NCBI GenBank assembly: GCA_965223335.1
Contig: OZ244991.1
Span: 2,176,001-2,240,000 of the forward strand
Direction of reading: 5' to 3'
DNA from: Thermodesulfobacteriota bacterium
GTDB lineage: Bacteria > Desulfobacterota_D > UBA1144 > Nemesobacterales > UBA2774
Length of the DNA: 64,000 bases
The notes beneath the pieces were generated by a model. The model was not told the DNA's origin. It searched no databases and was given only the letters and a program-made list of their open reading frames with translations. Shown here one piece after another: positions 19,744 to 30,000 of the stretch. The position numbers and the translations under genes were made by a program. How positions within the stretch are numbered: the first letter of the stretch is position 1; every line of letters begins with the position of its first letter.

Positions 19744-21171
19744 TTAGTCTTCGTTGCCTATCTCATACCTGTAGCCGAGCTCGGGTATCTCTACGTTGCG
19801 AAATCCGTTTTTGTTGAGTGCCGTTTCAAAGCTTAGCTGATTGTCGTAGTCCCCGTGCACAAGATATAGTGCTTTCAGCTTCTCGCGGTCAAGGTTGTCC
19901 AGGTACTCGAGCATCTCTTTTTCGTCGCCGTGGGCGCTGTAAGAGTCCATGATCTTTACACTGGCCCTTACCTTGAGCTCGCGGCCAAAGATCCTGATCT
20001 TTTTGTCCCCTCGCCGTAGCCTTGCCCCCAGTGTATGGGGTGCGCAGAACCCCACGATGAGAATGGTGTTGTTTTTGTCCTCAATGTGGTTGTTAAGGTG
20101 GTGGAGCACGCGGCCCCCTGTCATCATACCCGAAGCACTTATTATGATGGCGGGCCCCCTGAGGTAGTTAATCTCTTTGGACTCGTCGGTTTTTCGTGTG
20201 TAGTGCAGGTTGTTGAAGCCAAAGGGGTTGGGGTCGTCGATCATATAGTCGATGATCTCTTTGTCAAAGCACTCGGGATGGAGGATAAAGACGTCGGTGG
20301 CGTTGATCGCAAGGGGGCTGTCTACAAAGACAGGGATGTGGGGGAGCCGTCCCTCGTTCTCGAGCTTGTCTAGAGTGTGTACGATCTCTTGGGTTCTGCC
20401 TACGCTGAATGCGGGGATGATGAGCTTGCCCTTTTTCTTGACACAGGTCTCTTCGATTATCGATAGAAGCACCTTTTCGTCCTGGGGCAGCTGTGTGTGC
20501 TCACGGCCCCCGTAGGTAGACTCGCAGATGAGGTAGTCCAGGTCTTCCATGGGTACTGGGTCCTTTAATATAGGGCGGCCGGGGCGGCCTATATCACCCG
20601 AGAAACCGAACATCGTTGTTTTTCCTCGGGGGTTGCCTTTTTCGTGTATACGGAGTGTAACGCTGCCGCTGCCGAATATGTGCCCGCTGTCGCGGATTAT
20701 TACGTCTAGCCCGGGTTTAATCATGTGCCACGAGTCATAGCCGATCCCTACAAACCCCTGTAGTGCGTCGTAGACGTCCTCGTCGTCGTAAAGGGGTCTT
20801 GCTGTCTCGGGAAGCCCTTTTTTGCGTAGCCTTTTATTGGTGTAGTATGCGTCTTTTTCCTGTATCTTGGCGCTGTCGATGAGCATGACCGCTGCGAGGT
20901 CCCTTGTGGCGCTGGTCGAGATGATCTCGCCCCGAAAGCCGTCTTTTACAAGCTTTGGTATGCGCCCACTGTGGTCGATATGCGCGTGGGAGAGCACCAT
21001 GTAGTCAATCTCAGAGGGGTTGAACATCCACTTTTCGTTAAAGCCGTCGAGCTCCTCTTCGCGCCCCTGGTATAGCCCGCAGTCAAGCAGTATCTTTGTG
21101 CCGTCGTCGAGTGTGAGCAGGTGGCAGCTGCCGGTTACGGTCCTTGCAGCGCCGCAGAATTTTATTTGCAT
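19744..21171 (-). CDS. MBL-fold beta-CASP ribonuclease (YSH1-like)
   Basis: GAARTVTGS, SHAHIDHSG, SGHIFGS, ESTYG, SASGM, SAHGD. Confidence 0.93.
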   Translation of the reverse strand: MQIKFCGAARTVTGSCHLLTLDDGTKILLDCGLYQGREEELDGFNEKWMFNPSEIDYMVLSHAHIDHSGRIPKLVKDGFRGEIISTSATRDLAAVMLIDSAKIQEKDAYYTNKRLRKKGLPETARPLYDDEDVYDALQGFVGIGYDSWHMIKPGLDVIIRDSGHIFGSGSVTLRIHEKGNPRGKTTMFGFSGDIGRPGRPILKDPVPMEDLDYLICESTYGGREHTQLPQDEKVLLSIIEETCVKKKGKLIIPAFSVGRTQEIVHTLDKLENEGRLPHIPVFVDSPLAINATDVFILHPECFDKEIIDYMIDDPNPFGFNNLHYTRKTDESKEINYLRGPAIIISASGMMTGGRVLHHLNNHIEDKNNTILIVGFCAPHTLGARLRRGDKKIRIFGRELKVRASVKIMDSYSAHGDEKEMLEYLDNLDREKLKALYLVHGDYDNQLSFETALNKNGFRNVEIPELGYRYEIGNED

Positions 21172-21261
21172 CTTTACCGTCCCCCGTTAGGATGCAGAAT
21201 TATTACATATTGTTCAAAATTATAAAAGTCTATGAATAGGAATGAGATGGAATGACCTGAA

Positions 21262-21777
21262 TTACACTGCTTCGGACACGTTGAATTCGTCGGCGTACTC
21301 AACGAGCCCTCTCTTGTTTCTCAGTGCGCCGGGCACAAGCTCTATCACCATAAATGCCTCGTTGGGCGCATCATATACACAGCTAAACCCGTACCTAGAG
21401 GCGGTCTCGAACCCAAACATTCCGAAAAAGCCCGGGTCCCCGAGCACAAACACGAGTTCGAATCCAAGCTCCTTGCACTGTATGAGCGCACCCCGCACTA
21501 GTACCCCGCCTATGCCCTTGCGCTGGTGTTCTGGAACTACTGCGATGGGCCCGAGCCCAACCGCGTCTTTGTAGTTGGGATCACTGCTGATCGTAACAAC
21601 TGAGAACATGATATGACCTGCCACCTGGCCCTTGTGCTCGGCTACAAACGACAACACACTCTTGCCGTTGTCTCTAAGCATATCAACTATATCGGCCTCT
21701 TCGGTCCTACCGAATGCGCGGAAGTTGACATCGCGTATCAATTCAATATCGTTTTGTGTCTCTGGACGTATAATCAT
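21262..21777 (-). CDS. GNAT N-acetyltransferase (YhbS-like)
   Basis: IRPET, LGPIAVVPEHQRKGIG, VLGDP. Confidence 0.9.
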   Translation of the reverse strand: MIIRPETQNDIELIRDVNFRAFGRTEEADIVDMLRDNGKSVLSFVAEHKGQVAGHIMFSVVTISSDPNYKDAVGLGPIAVVPEHQRKGIGGVLVRGALIQCKELGFELVFVLGDPGFFGMFGFETASRYGFSCVYDAPNEAFMVIELVPGALRNKRGLVEYADEFNVSEAV

Positions 21778-21805
21778 AGCTATTGCCCCGACAATTTAAC
21801 AGCTA

Positions 21806-22153
21806 TTAGAGATTTTTCAAATACATTACCAATTTATGTTTTATGACTACAAAAAGGGCAATTCCGAATAGTACTCCGAGAGAGTTGGCGACAATGTCTT
21901 CGTAAGAGGGGGTTCTGCCGGGAATGAAATGCTGGACCAGTTCGATCGACATCCCAAGAAAGATAATACCGGCAAGCACAGTGAGCTTGTGGCATAGCGT
22001 GGAGACCATAAACAGACCTAAACAACCCATAAGTGCATAAACAGCGAAATGCGCCATCATGTCGGGGCTATGCTTGATCCCCGCACCGAATGACGGCATT
22101 ACACTCATCAGCACCACAAATCCAACATAAAACAAAAATGCTAATTTATACAT
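21806..22153 (-). CDS. VanZ family membrane protein
   Basis: AHFAVY, IELVQHFIPGR..DIVANSLG. Confidence 0.85.
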   Translation of the reverse strand: MYKLAFLFYVGFVVLMSVMPSFGAGIKHSPDMMAHFAVYALMGCLGLFMVSTLCHKLTVLAGIIFLGMSIELVQHFIPGRTPSYEDIVANSLGVLFGIALFVVIKHKLVMYLKNL

Positions 22154-22244
22154 AGTTAATTACCTGTCAAATCGTTTCGTGCTATTAATTATACTGCTGT
22201 TTTCCCCTAGAACTATCATTTTATTGAGAAAAATAAAATAATAT

Positions 22245-22273
22245 TTGACCAATCATTCAACAACGAGTATTAT
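22245..22273 (+). promoter_or_regulatory. sigma70 promoter of TetR gene overlapped by putative operator
   Basis: TTGACC-17 nt-TATTAT; dyad TTGACCAATCATTCAA at 22245-22260. Confidence 0.6.
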
Positions 22274-22284
22274 ATTCCCTAACT

Positions 22285-22863
22285 ATGGGAAGACCGTATG
22301 AATTTGATATAGAAGAGACACTGGGGAAGGCCATGGAGCTCTTTTGGCAGAAAGGCTACCATGCCACAAGCGTAGAGGAGCTTGTGCAGACCATGGGCAT
22401 TAACAGAGGCAGCATATATAACACCTATGGGGACAAGCACTCGCTTTTTTTAAAGGCGCTCGATCATTATGGGAAAAACGAGACTTCCAGAATGCTAAAA
22501 ACACTTTACGACGGCCCCTCCCCCACTAGGAACATCATCAATTTTTTCACCAGACTCAAAACCACAAACAACCAATGGAACGAAAAGGGCTGTCTGATCT
22601 GCAATACCGCGGTTGAACTGGCACCCCACGACCCAAAGGCACGCGAGCTGGTCTCGAGGTTTTTGGAGCGCATAAGGGCTGCGTTTCATGAAACGCTTGA
22701 AAACGCAGTGGAGATGGGTGAGATTGAGCCCGGAACCGATACCCGGGCGCTCTCGCATTTTATGGCCAATAACACAATGGGACTGCTGGTGCTTAGGAAA
22801 TCGGGAGCTACCCCCGAGCAGCTGGAAAACATAGTAAATGTAGTTGTAACTAACCTAAAATAA
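22285..22863 (+). CDS. TetR/AcrR family regulator (NemR/ComR-like)
   Basis: MGRPYEFD, FWQKGYHATS, SIYNTYGDK, KGCLICN. Confidence 0.92.
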   Translation: MGRPYEFDIEETLGKAMELFWQKGYHATSVEELVQTMGINRGSIYNTYGDKHSLFLKALDHYGKNETSRMLKTLYDGPSPTRNIINFFTRLKTTNNQWNEKGCLICNTAVELAPHDPKARELVSRFLERIRAAFHETLENAVEMGEIEPGTDTRALSHFMANNTMGLLVLRKSGATPEQLENIVNVVVTNLK

Positions 22864-22880
22864 AAATTTTTCGGCAATTA

Positions 22881-22896
22881 TGGAACGTGCATTCAA
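22881..22896. promoter_or_regulatory. Second putative TetR operator, upstream of CMD gene
   Basis: TGGAACGTGCATTCAA; same length and right half-site as 22245-22260. Confidence 0.5.
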
Positions 22897-22928
22897 ATAC
22901 AGATAAATTTAAATAGGAGGTATTACAA

Positions 22929-23450
22929 ATGGCTAAAATAGCTTATGTAGAGAAACAAGACGCTCCTGAGAGCCTGCAGGGTGTTTACACGGCACTTGAG
23001 AGCAAGTTCGGTATGGTGCCGAACGTTATTAAGGCAATGGCAAACAGCCCCGAGATGCTTGGGGGGTTCATGCCCTTTTTGGGGGCATCGCTCGGCCAAA
23101 CACAGGTAAGCAACGACCTAAAGGAGCTTGCTATCTTGACCACCGCTAAACTAAACGGCTGTAGTTACTGTACCGCCCACCACACCGGTGCGGGCAAACG
23201 TGCAGGGCTCACAGACGAGAAGATCGCCGCCGCCACCGACCCCACAAGCGATGCGCTCGACGACAGGGAAAAGGCGATTGTGCGTTATACGGCAGAAACC
23301 ACAAAGAACGTGGCTGCGAGTGACGAGGCGCTCGAGGAGATGCGCAAACACTTCACCGACGGTGAAATTGCAGAGCTCACTATGGTAAGCGGCGTGTTTC
23401 ACGTACTGACAAGGTTTGCCGATACATTTAAAGTAGAACTTGAAGGATAG
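22929..23450 (+). CDS. Carboxymuconolactone decarboxylase / AhpD-like protein
   Basis: KELAIL..LNGCSYCTAHH AhpD core. Confidence 0.9.
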   Translation: MAKIAYVEKQDAPESLQGVYTALESKFGMVPNVIKAMANSPEMLGGFMPFLGASLGQTQVSNDLKELAILTTAKLNGCSYCTAHHTGAGKRAGLTDEKIAAATDPTSDALDDREKAIVRYTAETTKNVAASDEALEEMRKHFTDGEIAELTMVSGVFHVLTRFADTFKVELEG

Positions 23451-23486
23451 ATCGTAACACTATATAAATATAGCATAATCATTATG

Positions 23487-23541
23487 GGGCTTGGCTCTAT
23501 TCTCTCATTCGAAGCTCACATTTGAGTCAAGCCCTCTTTTT
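23487..23541 (+). terminator. Probable intrinsic terminator
   Basis: GGGCTTGGCTC / GAGTCAAGCCC stem followed by T-tract; large loop. Confidence 0.5.
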
Positions 23542-23670
23542 CTTCCCCTTGCACTGTTGAAAAAGTCGTATGTACCAGTAAATTTGATCTAAAAATACCT
23601 TGAGTTTGTGTGCAATTGTATGTAGTTTGCTTGGATCGCGTGCTATTGTGCTTGATTAAGGTAAGCAGCT

Positions 23671-25227
23671 ATGTACTTGGACCTCTCTATCATACTCGCA
23701 TATTTTGTCGTGATTATGGCAGTGGGTATATGGAGCAGGGCTAAAAAAGACGTGGGTGTGGACGAGTATTTCCTAAGCTCGCGCTCGCTGGGCTGGCCTT
23801 ACATAGCCGCTTCTACCATTGCTACCAATATACACGCCAATCATTTCATTGCCATGGCGGGCTCGGCCTATGTGTTTGGGCTTGCACAGGCCAATTTCGA
23901 GATAAACGCAGTGTTTGGACTGCTTATGGCTGCGTTTGTGTTCGTGCCCATATACCTACGGATGCGAGTGGTTACGATCACTCAGTTCTTTGAGTCGCGT
24001 CTAGGTCCCAGGGTGGCCCTGGCCTACTCGGTCCTTATGATCGTGCTCTATTCGTGCCTATACCTGGGCACGGCACTGTTTTGGGCCTCTTATGCGATCC
24101 ACGGCATATTCGGCGAGCTCTTCGAGCCACTCGGGGTAGGCGAGACAGGGCGCATCGCCATTCTCATTGTGATCACGGGGGTGTTTTCCGCCGTCTACAC
24201 CTACATGGGCGGGCTTCGCGCAGTGGTAAGGACTGATATCGTGCAGTTCGGGCTCCTGGTGGTGGGCGGGATAGTGGTGCTCGGCGTATCCATACACCAC
24301 CTGGGAGGGGTGGACCAGCTTTGGGTTAAGACCGGGGACCTGATGCACCTGCACCTGCCGCGGGACCACGACACGCTGCCCTGGGTGGGGATATTCGGGA
24401 TGCTATTGCTTAACCTAAACTACTGGGGTGCGAACCAGGTCATACTGCAGCGGGCGCTGGCTGCCAAGGACCTGCGTAATGCACAGATAGGGCTATTGGT
24501 GGGGGGAGTGATCAAGTACCTGATGGCCATAATAATAATTATTCCCGGGATAGCGCTTGCGGGTATTTTAAGAGAGCGTCCTCTAGCGGACCCCGACCTC
24601 ACATACCTTACACTAGTTAACGACTATCTGCCGAGCGGGGTAAAGGGGCTTATACTTACGGGGCTTTTCGCATCGCTCATGAGTACACTCGACTCGATAT
24701 TTAACTCGGTCTCTACACTCTACTCGATAGATATTTACAAGCGCCACATTGCTCCTGGTGCCACGGAGTCCCAGGTGGTTAGGATGGGCAGGCTCTCGAT
24801 TGTAGCGGCGCTTATGACTGGTGTGGCATTTGGGTTTGTGGTCATCTACGTCAAGTACGGCAACCCCGCCTTCCCTCTCACTCACTGGTTCAATGCGCTC
24901 TCGTACTTTGTGAAAAACGCCTTTGTGATCATCATCATGTCGGCTGTGTTTTTGGTGAATCCGTCAAAACGCCTTGTGCTCTTTACCATGCTCTTTAGCG
25001 TGCTGCTGACTTATATATTTAAGGCATGGGTGCCGGACATGAACTATATTGTGCGCTCGGCCTGGGTGATAGTGCTCTGTTTTCTATTTGTTGCTATACC
25101 GAATGTAATCAAAAACGGATGGAGGCTTGGTGGTGAGGGGCTATTCGTAGTCTCGGGCAGAGGTGCGGCGCTATTTGGAGGGGTACTCGCACTCTCGCTT
25201 GCAGCGGTGCATGTGATCTTTCACTAG
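23671..25227 (+). CDS. Sodium:solute symporter (SSS/SLC5 family)
   Basis: YFLSSRSL, YTYMGGLRAVVRTD, QVILQRALAAK, ASLMSTLDS. Confidence 0.92.
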   Translation: MYLDLSIILAYFVVIMAVGIWSRAKKDVGVDEYFLSSRSLGWPYIAASTIATNIHANHFIAMAGSAYVFGLAQANFEINAVFGLLMAAFVFVPIYLRMRVVTITQFFESRLGPRVALAYSVLMIVLYSCLYLGTALFWASYAIHGIFGELFEPLGVGETGRIAILIVITGVFSAVYTYMGGLRAVVRTDIVQFGLLVVGGIVVLGVSIHHLGGVDQLWVKTGDLMHLHLPRDHDTLPWVGIFGMLLLNLNYWGANQVILQRALAAKDLRNAQIGLLVGGVIKYLMAIIIIIPGIALAGILRERPLADPDLTYLTLVNDYLPSGVKGLILTGLFASLMSTLDSIFNSVSTLYSIDIYKRHIAPGATESQVVRMGRLSIVAALMTGVAFGFVVIYVKYGNPAFPLTHWFNALSYFVKNAFVIIIMSAVFLVNPSKRLVLFTMLFSVLLTYIFKAWVPDMNYIVRSAWVIVLCFLFVAIPNVIKNGWRLGGEGLFVVSGRGAALFGGVLALSLAAVHVIFH

Positions 25228-25273
25228 TTTTTATGGTGCCTATACAAGATTTAATTCAGATTGATCCCGACCT

Positions 25274-25996
25274 TTAGTTTCCTTTATCCCGCTTTGATTC
25301 CACTATGGGGAAGATGCAGCGCTTGGCACCGTGGCCTTGGGTTTTGTAGCGGCTTTTGTCGAAGTAAAAGCCGTGGGTTTTTGGGTCGATCTTGTCGAAC
25401 CAAAGCGAGTCTATCTGGCAGAGCACGGGAGTTAGGAACGCTACGTCGTGTGCCGAGAAAAAGTCGAAGTAAAAACAGCGGTCTATCTCTACGGTAAAGC
25501 TGTGCTGTTTTTTATCGTCGCGGTGTGTGGTGGTCCAGCTAAACGTCCCACCATATTGCTGCATGAGCATCTTGAATATATCGCGCAGCGTGTCGGGATT
25601 GCCCTTGGAGGAATACAACATAAGCCACATCGAAAAGCGCATAGAAGAGGTGTTCATTCCCCTCATCATCGCCCTGCCTACGAACTGGAGTGTAGCCTCT
25701 TTGCTGCCCAGTACTGGTAAGAGCTCTTGGTACGCAGCCAGTATGGACGAGCAGAGCTCGACATGGCCCAAAGACGGGGGGTCTATGGCCATATCAATAT
25801 CTATGTTCTTTATGTCCTCGGCCCGCTCTTCGATCTTCTCAACTATAGGGATAGGGTCTTGGAGCAACTGCTCTTTTATCTCTATAATGAGGCCGCGGTA
25901 AAAGCGCTTGGGTGCCTGGTGTCCAAACACCTGATGGCGTAGAAAATCTCCAATCCTAGAGACGGCAATACCCTCCACAAATATTGCGCATCGCAC
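25274..25996 (-). CDS. L-2-amino-thiazoline-4-carboxylic acid hydrolase-like protein
   Basis: RCFYFDFF..LTPVLCQID..TQGHGAKRCIF three-Cys pattern; start uncertain. Confidence 0.7.
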   Translation of the reverse strand: MRCAIFVEGIAVSRIGDFLRHQVFGHQAPKRFYRGLIIEIKEQLLQDPIPIVEKIEERAEDIKNIDIDMAIDPPSLGHVELCSSILAAYQELLPVLGSKEATLQFVGRAMMRGMNTSSMRFSMWLMLYSSKGNPDTLRDIFKMLMQQYGGTFSWTTTHRDDKKQHSFTVEIDRCFYFDFFSAHDVAFLTPVLCQIDSLWFDKIDPKTHGFYFDKSRYKTQGHGAKRCIFPIVESKRDKGN

Positions 25997-26248
25997 CGGT
26001 ATATTGCCCGAATGCGTTTAGTATAATTATACCCCTTGCCTTCTCGATGCTAATATTGAGGTAAGGCATTAATATATACAGTTCCTAAATAAGAAGCTAG
26101 TGGATTTTGCTTAAAATTTTGCTTTAACGTAGAATTTTGACCATTGTATCTAGGGTTCTTGGTATTTTGTTTCCACTAGTAGATATTATTTATTAGTGTT
26201 ATACTCAGGGGTCAAAAGGCTCTATATTGGTGAGGAGGGGACTGATAT

Positions 26249-26983
26249 ATGAGGATATTTCCCAGAGTTAACAGTTTTGTATCGATCTTAACAGTTTTTA
26301 TAATTGCTGTGGCAGTTCTAAGTTTTGGGTGTATGGCAAACAAACCTGAGCGCAAGCAACAAGTGATGACTGAGGAGCATAGAGCCACGCTGAGTGCAGA
26401 GGATGTGATAGGTGCGCTCAAGGAAGGCAACCAGAATTTCGCCGGTGGTGACTGGACAGATTGGGACTTTCGTCATCAACAGATGAAAACAGCGTCTGGA
26501 CAGTATCCCGGAGCAGTAGTGCTTAGCTGTATTGATTCAAGAGCTCCTGCGGAGATCATCTTAAACCAGGGTATCGGCGATATATTCAACGCCAGGGTCG
26601 CGGGAAATGTATTAAACTCTGATATCACAGGCAGTATGGAATTTGCATGTGCTGCAGCCGGATCAAAAGTCATATTAGTAATGGGCCACACGAGCTGCGG
26701 TGCCGTGAAAGGAGCTATAGACAAGGTAGAGATGGGTAACCTCACAGGTTTGCTGGCCAAAATAAAGCCCGCTATGGATGCTGTAGGGGATTCCGCGGGT
26801 GAGCGTAGCTCAAAGAACAGAGCTTATGTGGACGCCGTAACAAAAATGAACGTGTTGCTTGCTGTCGATGAAATACGCAACACAAGCCCCATCTTAAAGA
26901 AGATGGAAGAGGACGGCACAATAAAAATAGTAGGGGCAATGTATGATCTGGATACGGGGAAGGTGGAGTTCTACGATCAGTAG
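26249..26983 (+). CDS. Beta-class carbonic anhydrase with lipoprotein-like signal
   Basis: SCIDSR and GHTSCGA zinc ligands, RVAGN; N-terminal VLSFGC lipobox. Confidence 0.93.
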   Translation: MRIFPRVNSFVSILTVFIIAVAVLSFGCMANKPERKQQVMTEEHRATLSAEDVIGALKEGNQNFAGGDWTDWDFRHQQMKTASGQYPGAVVLSCIDSRAPAEIILNQGIGDIFNARVAGNVLNSDITGSMEFACAAAGSKVILVMGHTSCGAVKGAIDKVEMGNLTGLLAKIKPAMDAVGDSAGERSSKNRAYVDAVTKMNVLLAVDEIRNTSPILKKMEEDGTIKIVGAMYDLDTGKVEFYDQ

Positions 26984-27041
26984 TGACGTGCTGTTTAACT
27001 AATTCTAAAGCAACAAGTGAATATTACTATGATTTCCAGAT

Positions 27042-27080
27042 AAGGGGGCTGGCTCTAGCCGCTTGCCCCCTTCCCTTTTT
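27042..27080 (+). terminator. Probable terminator between convergent genes
   Basis: AAGGGGGC..GCCCCCTT stem then CCCTTTTT. Confidence 0.5.
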
Positions 27081-30000
27081 ATTGATCCAAAATTTCAGAA
27101 GCGCTTGTGATATAGAACTTCCAGTCCTTTATGACCTGTCGGCCGTCCGAGTCCACAGTGTCGTTTAGGTTTGTGTGGCTCGTAAGGTAATAGAGTCTCT
27201 TTATCTCGTCGCTCTCGGCTGGGCCCACGTTGGCGTCGCGAAAACGTTGTTGCAGGTAAAACGGCGGGATGGACTGATTATAGAGCGTGACCTCTACCGA
27301 ATGTGCCGCTGAGAGGTCCTGGGGTGTGAGTGCGGCTATGTACTCTACGATGTCAGAGCCCGTGAGCTCGGGGTCGGTGTAATGGGGGTCGAACTCGGCT
27401 TGGCCGTGTACCTCGGCAAGCGCCTGTATAAAGGGCGATTCAAAGCTGAGGAAAAGTGCGGGGTTATAGCCCCTGGGTCTAAGCCTGTTGTCCTTTACCT
27501 CGTCCACACGCCTTAGAAAGCTTGTGGTCAGGATGCCGTCCGAGTCTTTAATAAGCTCTTGGTAGATCTGTACCTGATTTTCCTCGGTAATCACCTGGTA
27601 GTGGGGTTGGAACGGAGCCTCGGGGAAATTAACCGGCTCTTCGCTCGGGAGGATTTCATTAGTGGTGCCGTCTAAGATTGCGCCGAGCTCGTTTGTACGT
27701 CCCGATGCCCAAAGTGCATTGCCCGCCTTGTCCTTGACTACAAACTCTAGGAACACGCGCCTGAACCCCACACCCGAGGGCAGGTAGTGCCCGACAAGGT
27801 TTCGGACCTGGACCACAGCATGTACCTCGCCTGCGGGGGTGACCTCGAGGTCGGTGATCTCCACTGTAGCAGTTTCGTTCTGGGCCATCTCGATCATCGA
27901 GTTCTGTCCCGTAATAAGCGAGGGTACAGTAGCCGTGCCTGTCATAAAATCGATCTGGCGGAATCCGAGTATGATGGGGAACTGCTGGAAGAACTGGTTA
28001 ATAAATATATTTAGTCCGTGTAGTGAATGTCTTGCGTACCTGTCCCTATCGGTAAGTGTAATCTCGGGGTCGGGGAGCCTGTGGGTCGTGGGCGCAAACT
28101 CGTCCGACTCTATGTTTGCGATCTTAAAGCTCAGGTCCCGGCCGTGATATGTAGTGGGCATGTGGCAGTCGTTACACGACAGGAAGTCGGGGCTGCCGGG
28201 GGCGAAGTCGCTGTTTACCCACTCGAGGTGAGTGGTCTGCTCGTAGCTAGCTCCGAGTTGGTTACCCTCGTTATCGAATATGGGCAGGAGTATGTTGTGG
28301 CACGAGCCGCAGAGGTCCGAGCTAAAGGCGTCTGAGCTTACAAAGTAGTCTCGGAACTTGGGTGTAATCCCCAGTGCATGCTCCATGGGTTTTGGCACAA
28401 TAGTTATATCCTCATATGGTCCATAGAGTTCGCTTGGGGGGCCTGTGACAAAATTGCCGGTGTAGCTGTTCTCGTCTCCAAGTGCGGTGTCTGAAATGTG
28501 GTGGCACACTGTGCACGATATGCCGTCACGCGCAAGCGCACCGTAATTGGCATCTGTATTGTCCGGGGCACCAGGCCATTTAGTAACCGTATCCAATGAA
28601 AATGCTTTACCGAAAGGCACCTCGGGTGGCGGGGTTACAGCAAAAATATCCTTGCAGTTGTCCACATCCTGGCCCGGGGTGTCGATGGCGAGCTGTCGCT
28701 GGCCCATGACACCATGGCAGTGCAGACACGTGGTCTCTATACAGGTGATGAGTTCGGGCAGATGGTTGGTTTCGCTCTCAAGCTGGGAAAAGAATATGGG
28801 GTCGCGGCCCGCAAGCCCCATGGGCGAGGCTTTCCACTCTCCATAGGGCGAGAGATTTATTAGTTCTGTGGCGCCGTTTACTTGCTCTTGAAATATCATA
28901 TTGGGGAGAGAGGAGTTTGAGTACGTAGCGTCGTGGCACCCTATGCACTGGTCAGAGGTAAGGAACTCGTCGGGGCCAGTGGGCAGTGAGACCTTGTGAT
29001 CGTAGGTTTCTGCGGGCAGTCTAAGCTCCCAGACCTCGGCGAAGCTCACGGGGGGGATCTGGTCGTAAAACTCTATGAACTGCTCTGTGGGCGCCGAAAG
29101 GGGGGTAGTAAACGGCGAGTCATAGTTCTCGGGCCCGTGGGTTCTCGTTACGGAGTCATTATTAGCACGTGTAATAAGCGATATGAGACCCGGCAGGTGT
29201 GCTATGCCGTCCTCGAGTTCATCGGGAACATCTGTGCCCTGCCCCTGTGGGTCGAACTGTTTGTACTCGATGCCTTGTGTAATGAGGTTATCGAGCGAGC
29301 TGTATGTGCTCTCGCTTTCGGCAGAGGCGTGGCAGTTTATGCAGTAGTTGCCGTACTGGTTATACAGGGGGACGATGTCGGGGATCTTGTTGGGGCTTGA
29401 AAACACGTAACCCGTGGGGTACCAGAGCGGGTTTGGAAAATCGGGTGAGGGCTCGGGGCCCAGGAAAGACTCGGTGGTGGTACCCGACCGGTCGAATACT
29501 GGCGGGTTGCCTATCTCCCATTCCATTACCGGGGGTACGGGAACCACAGCGTAGTTGCCCCAGTACCATCCGTCGTGGGACTGCCCGCTGCGTTTTACCA
29601 TGATGGTCCAAGAGTCGGGCAAAACGTTGTTGTTAATCACCATGCATCCCTGACCGTTTAGCGTGATGTTCAATTCCGGGTTTATGGAGTGCATCTCTTT
29701 TATGATCATTGCACCGTCGGGTATCTGTCCCACCCGGCCGTTGCATAGCCACTGGACGACCTCGGGCGAGTAGTAGATCTTTACCGCGGGGTGAGTGCCG
29801 AAGCTCTGGCCCTGTCCTATGGGGCCCACGTAGGGGCCGGTAAGCCGCCAGTTGAGGTCACGGTTCCATCCTAGCACTGTGGCGTAGTCACGGTTCCTTA
29901 GGAATTCGCGAAATTCAATATCGTAAATATTCTTTTCGATGAAATTAGATAGGGGTGGGGGGTTTTGTAAAAACGCGGGAGCCGGTGTGCCCGAGCCTGC

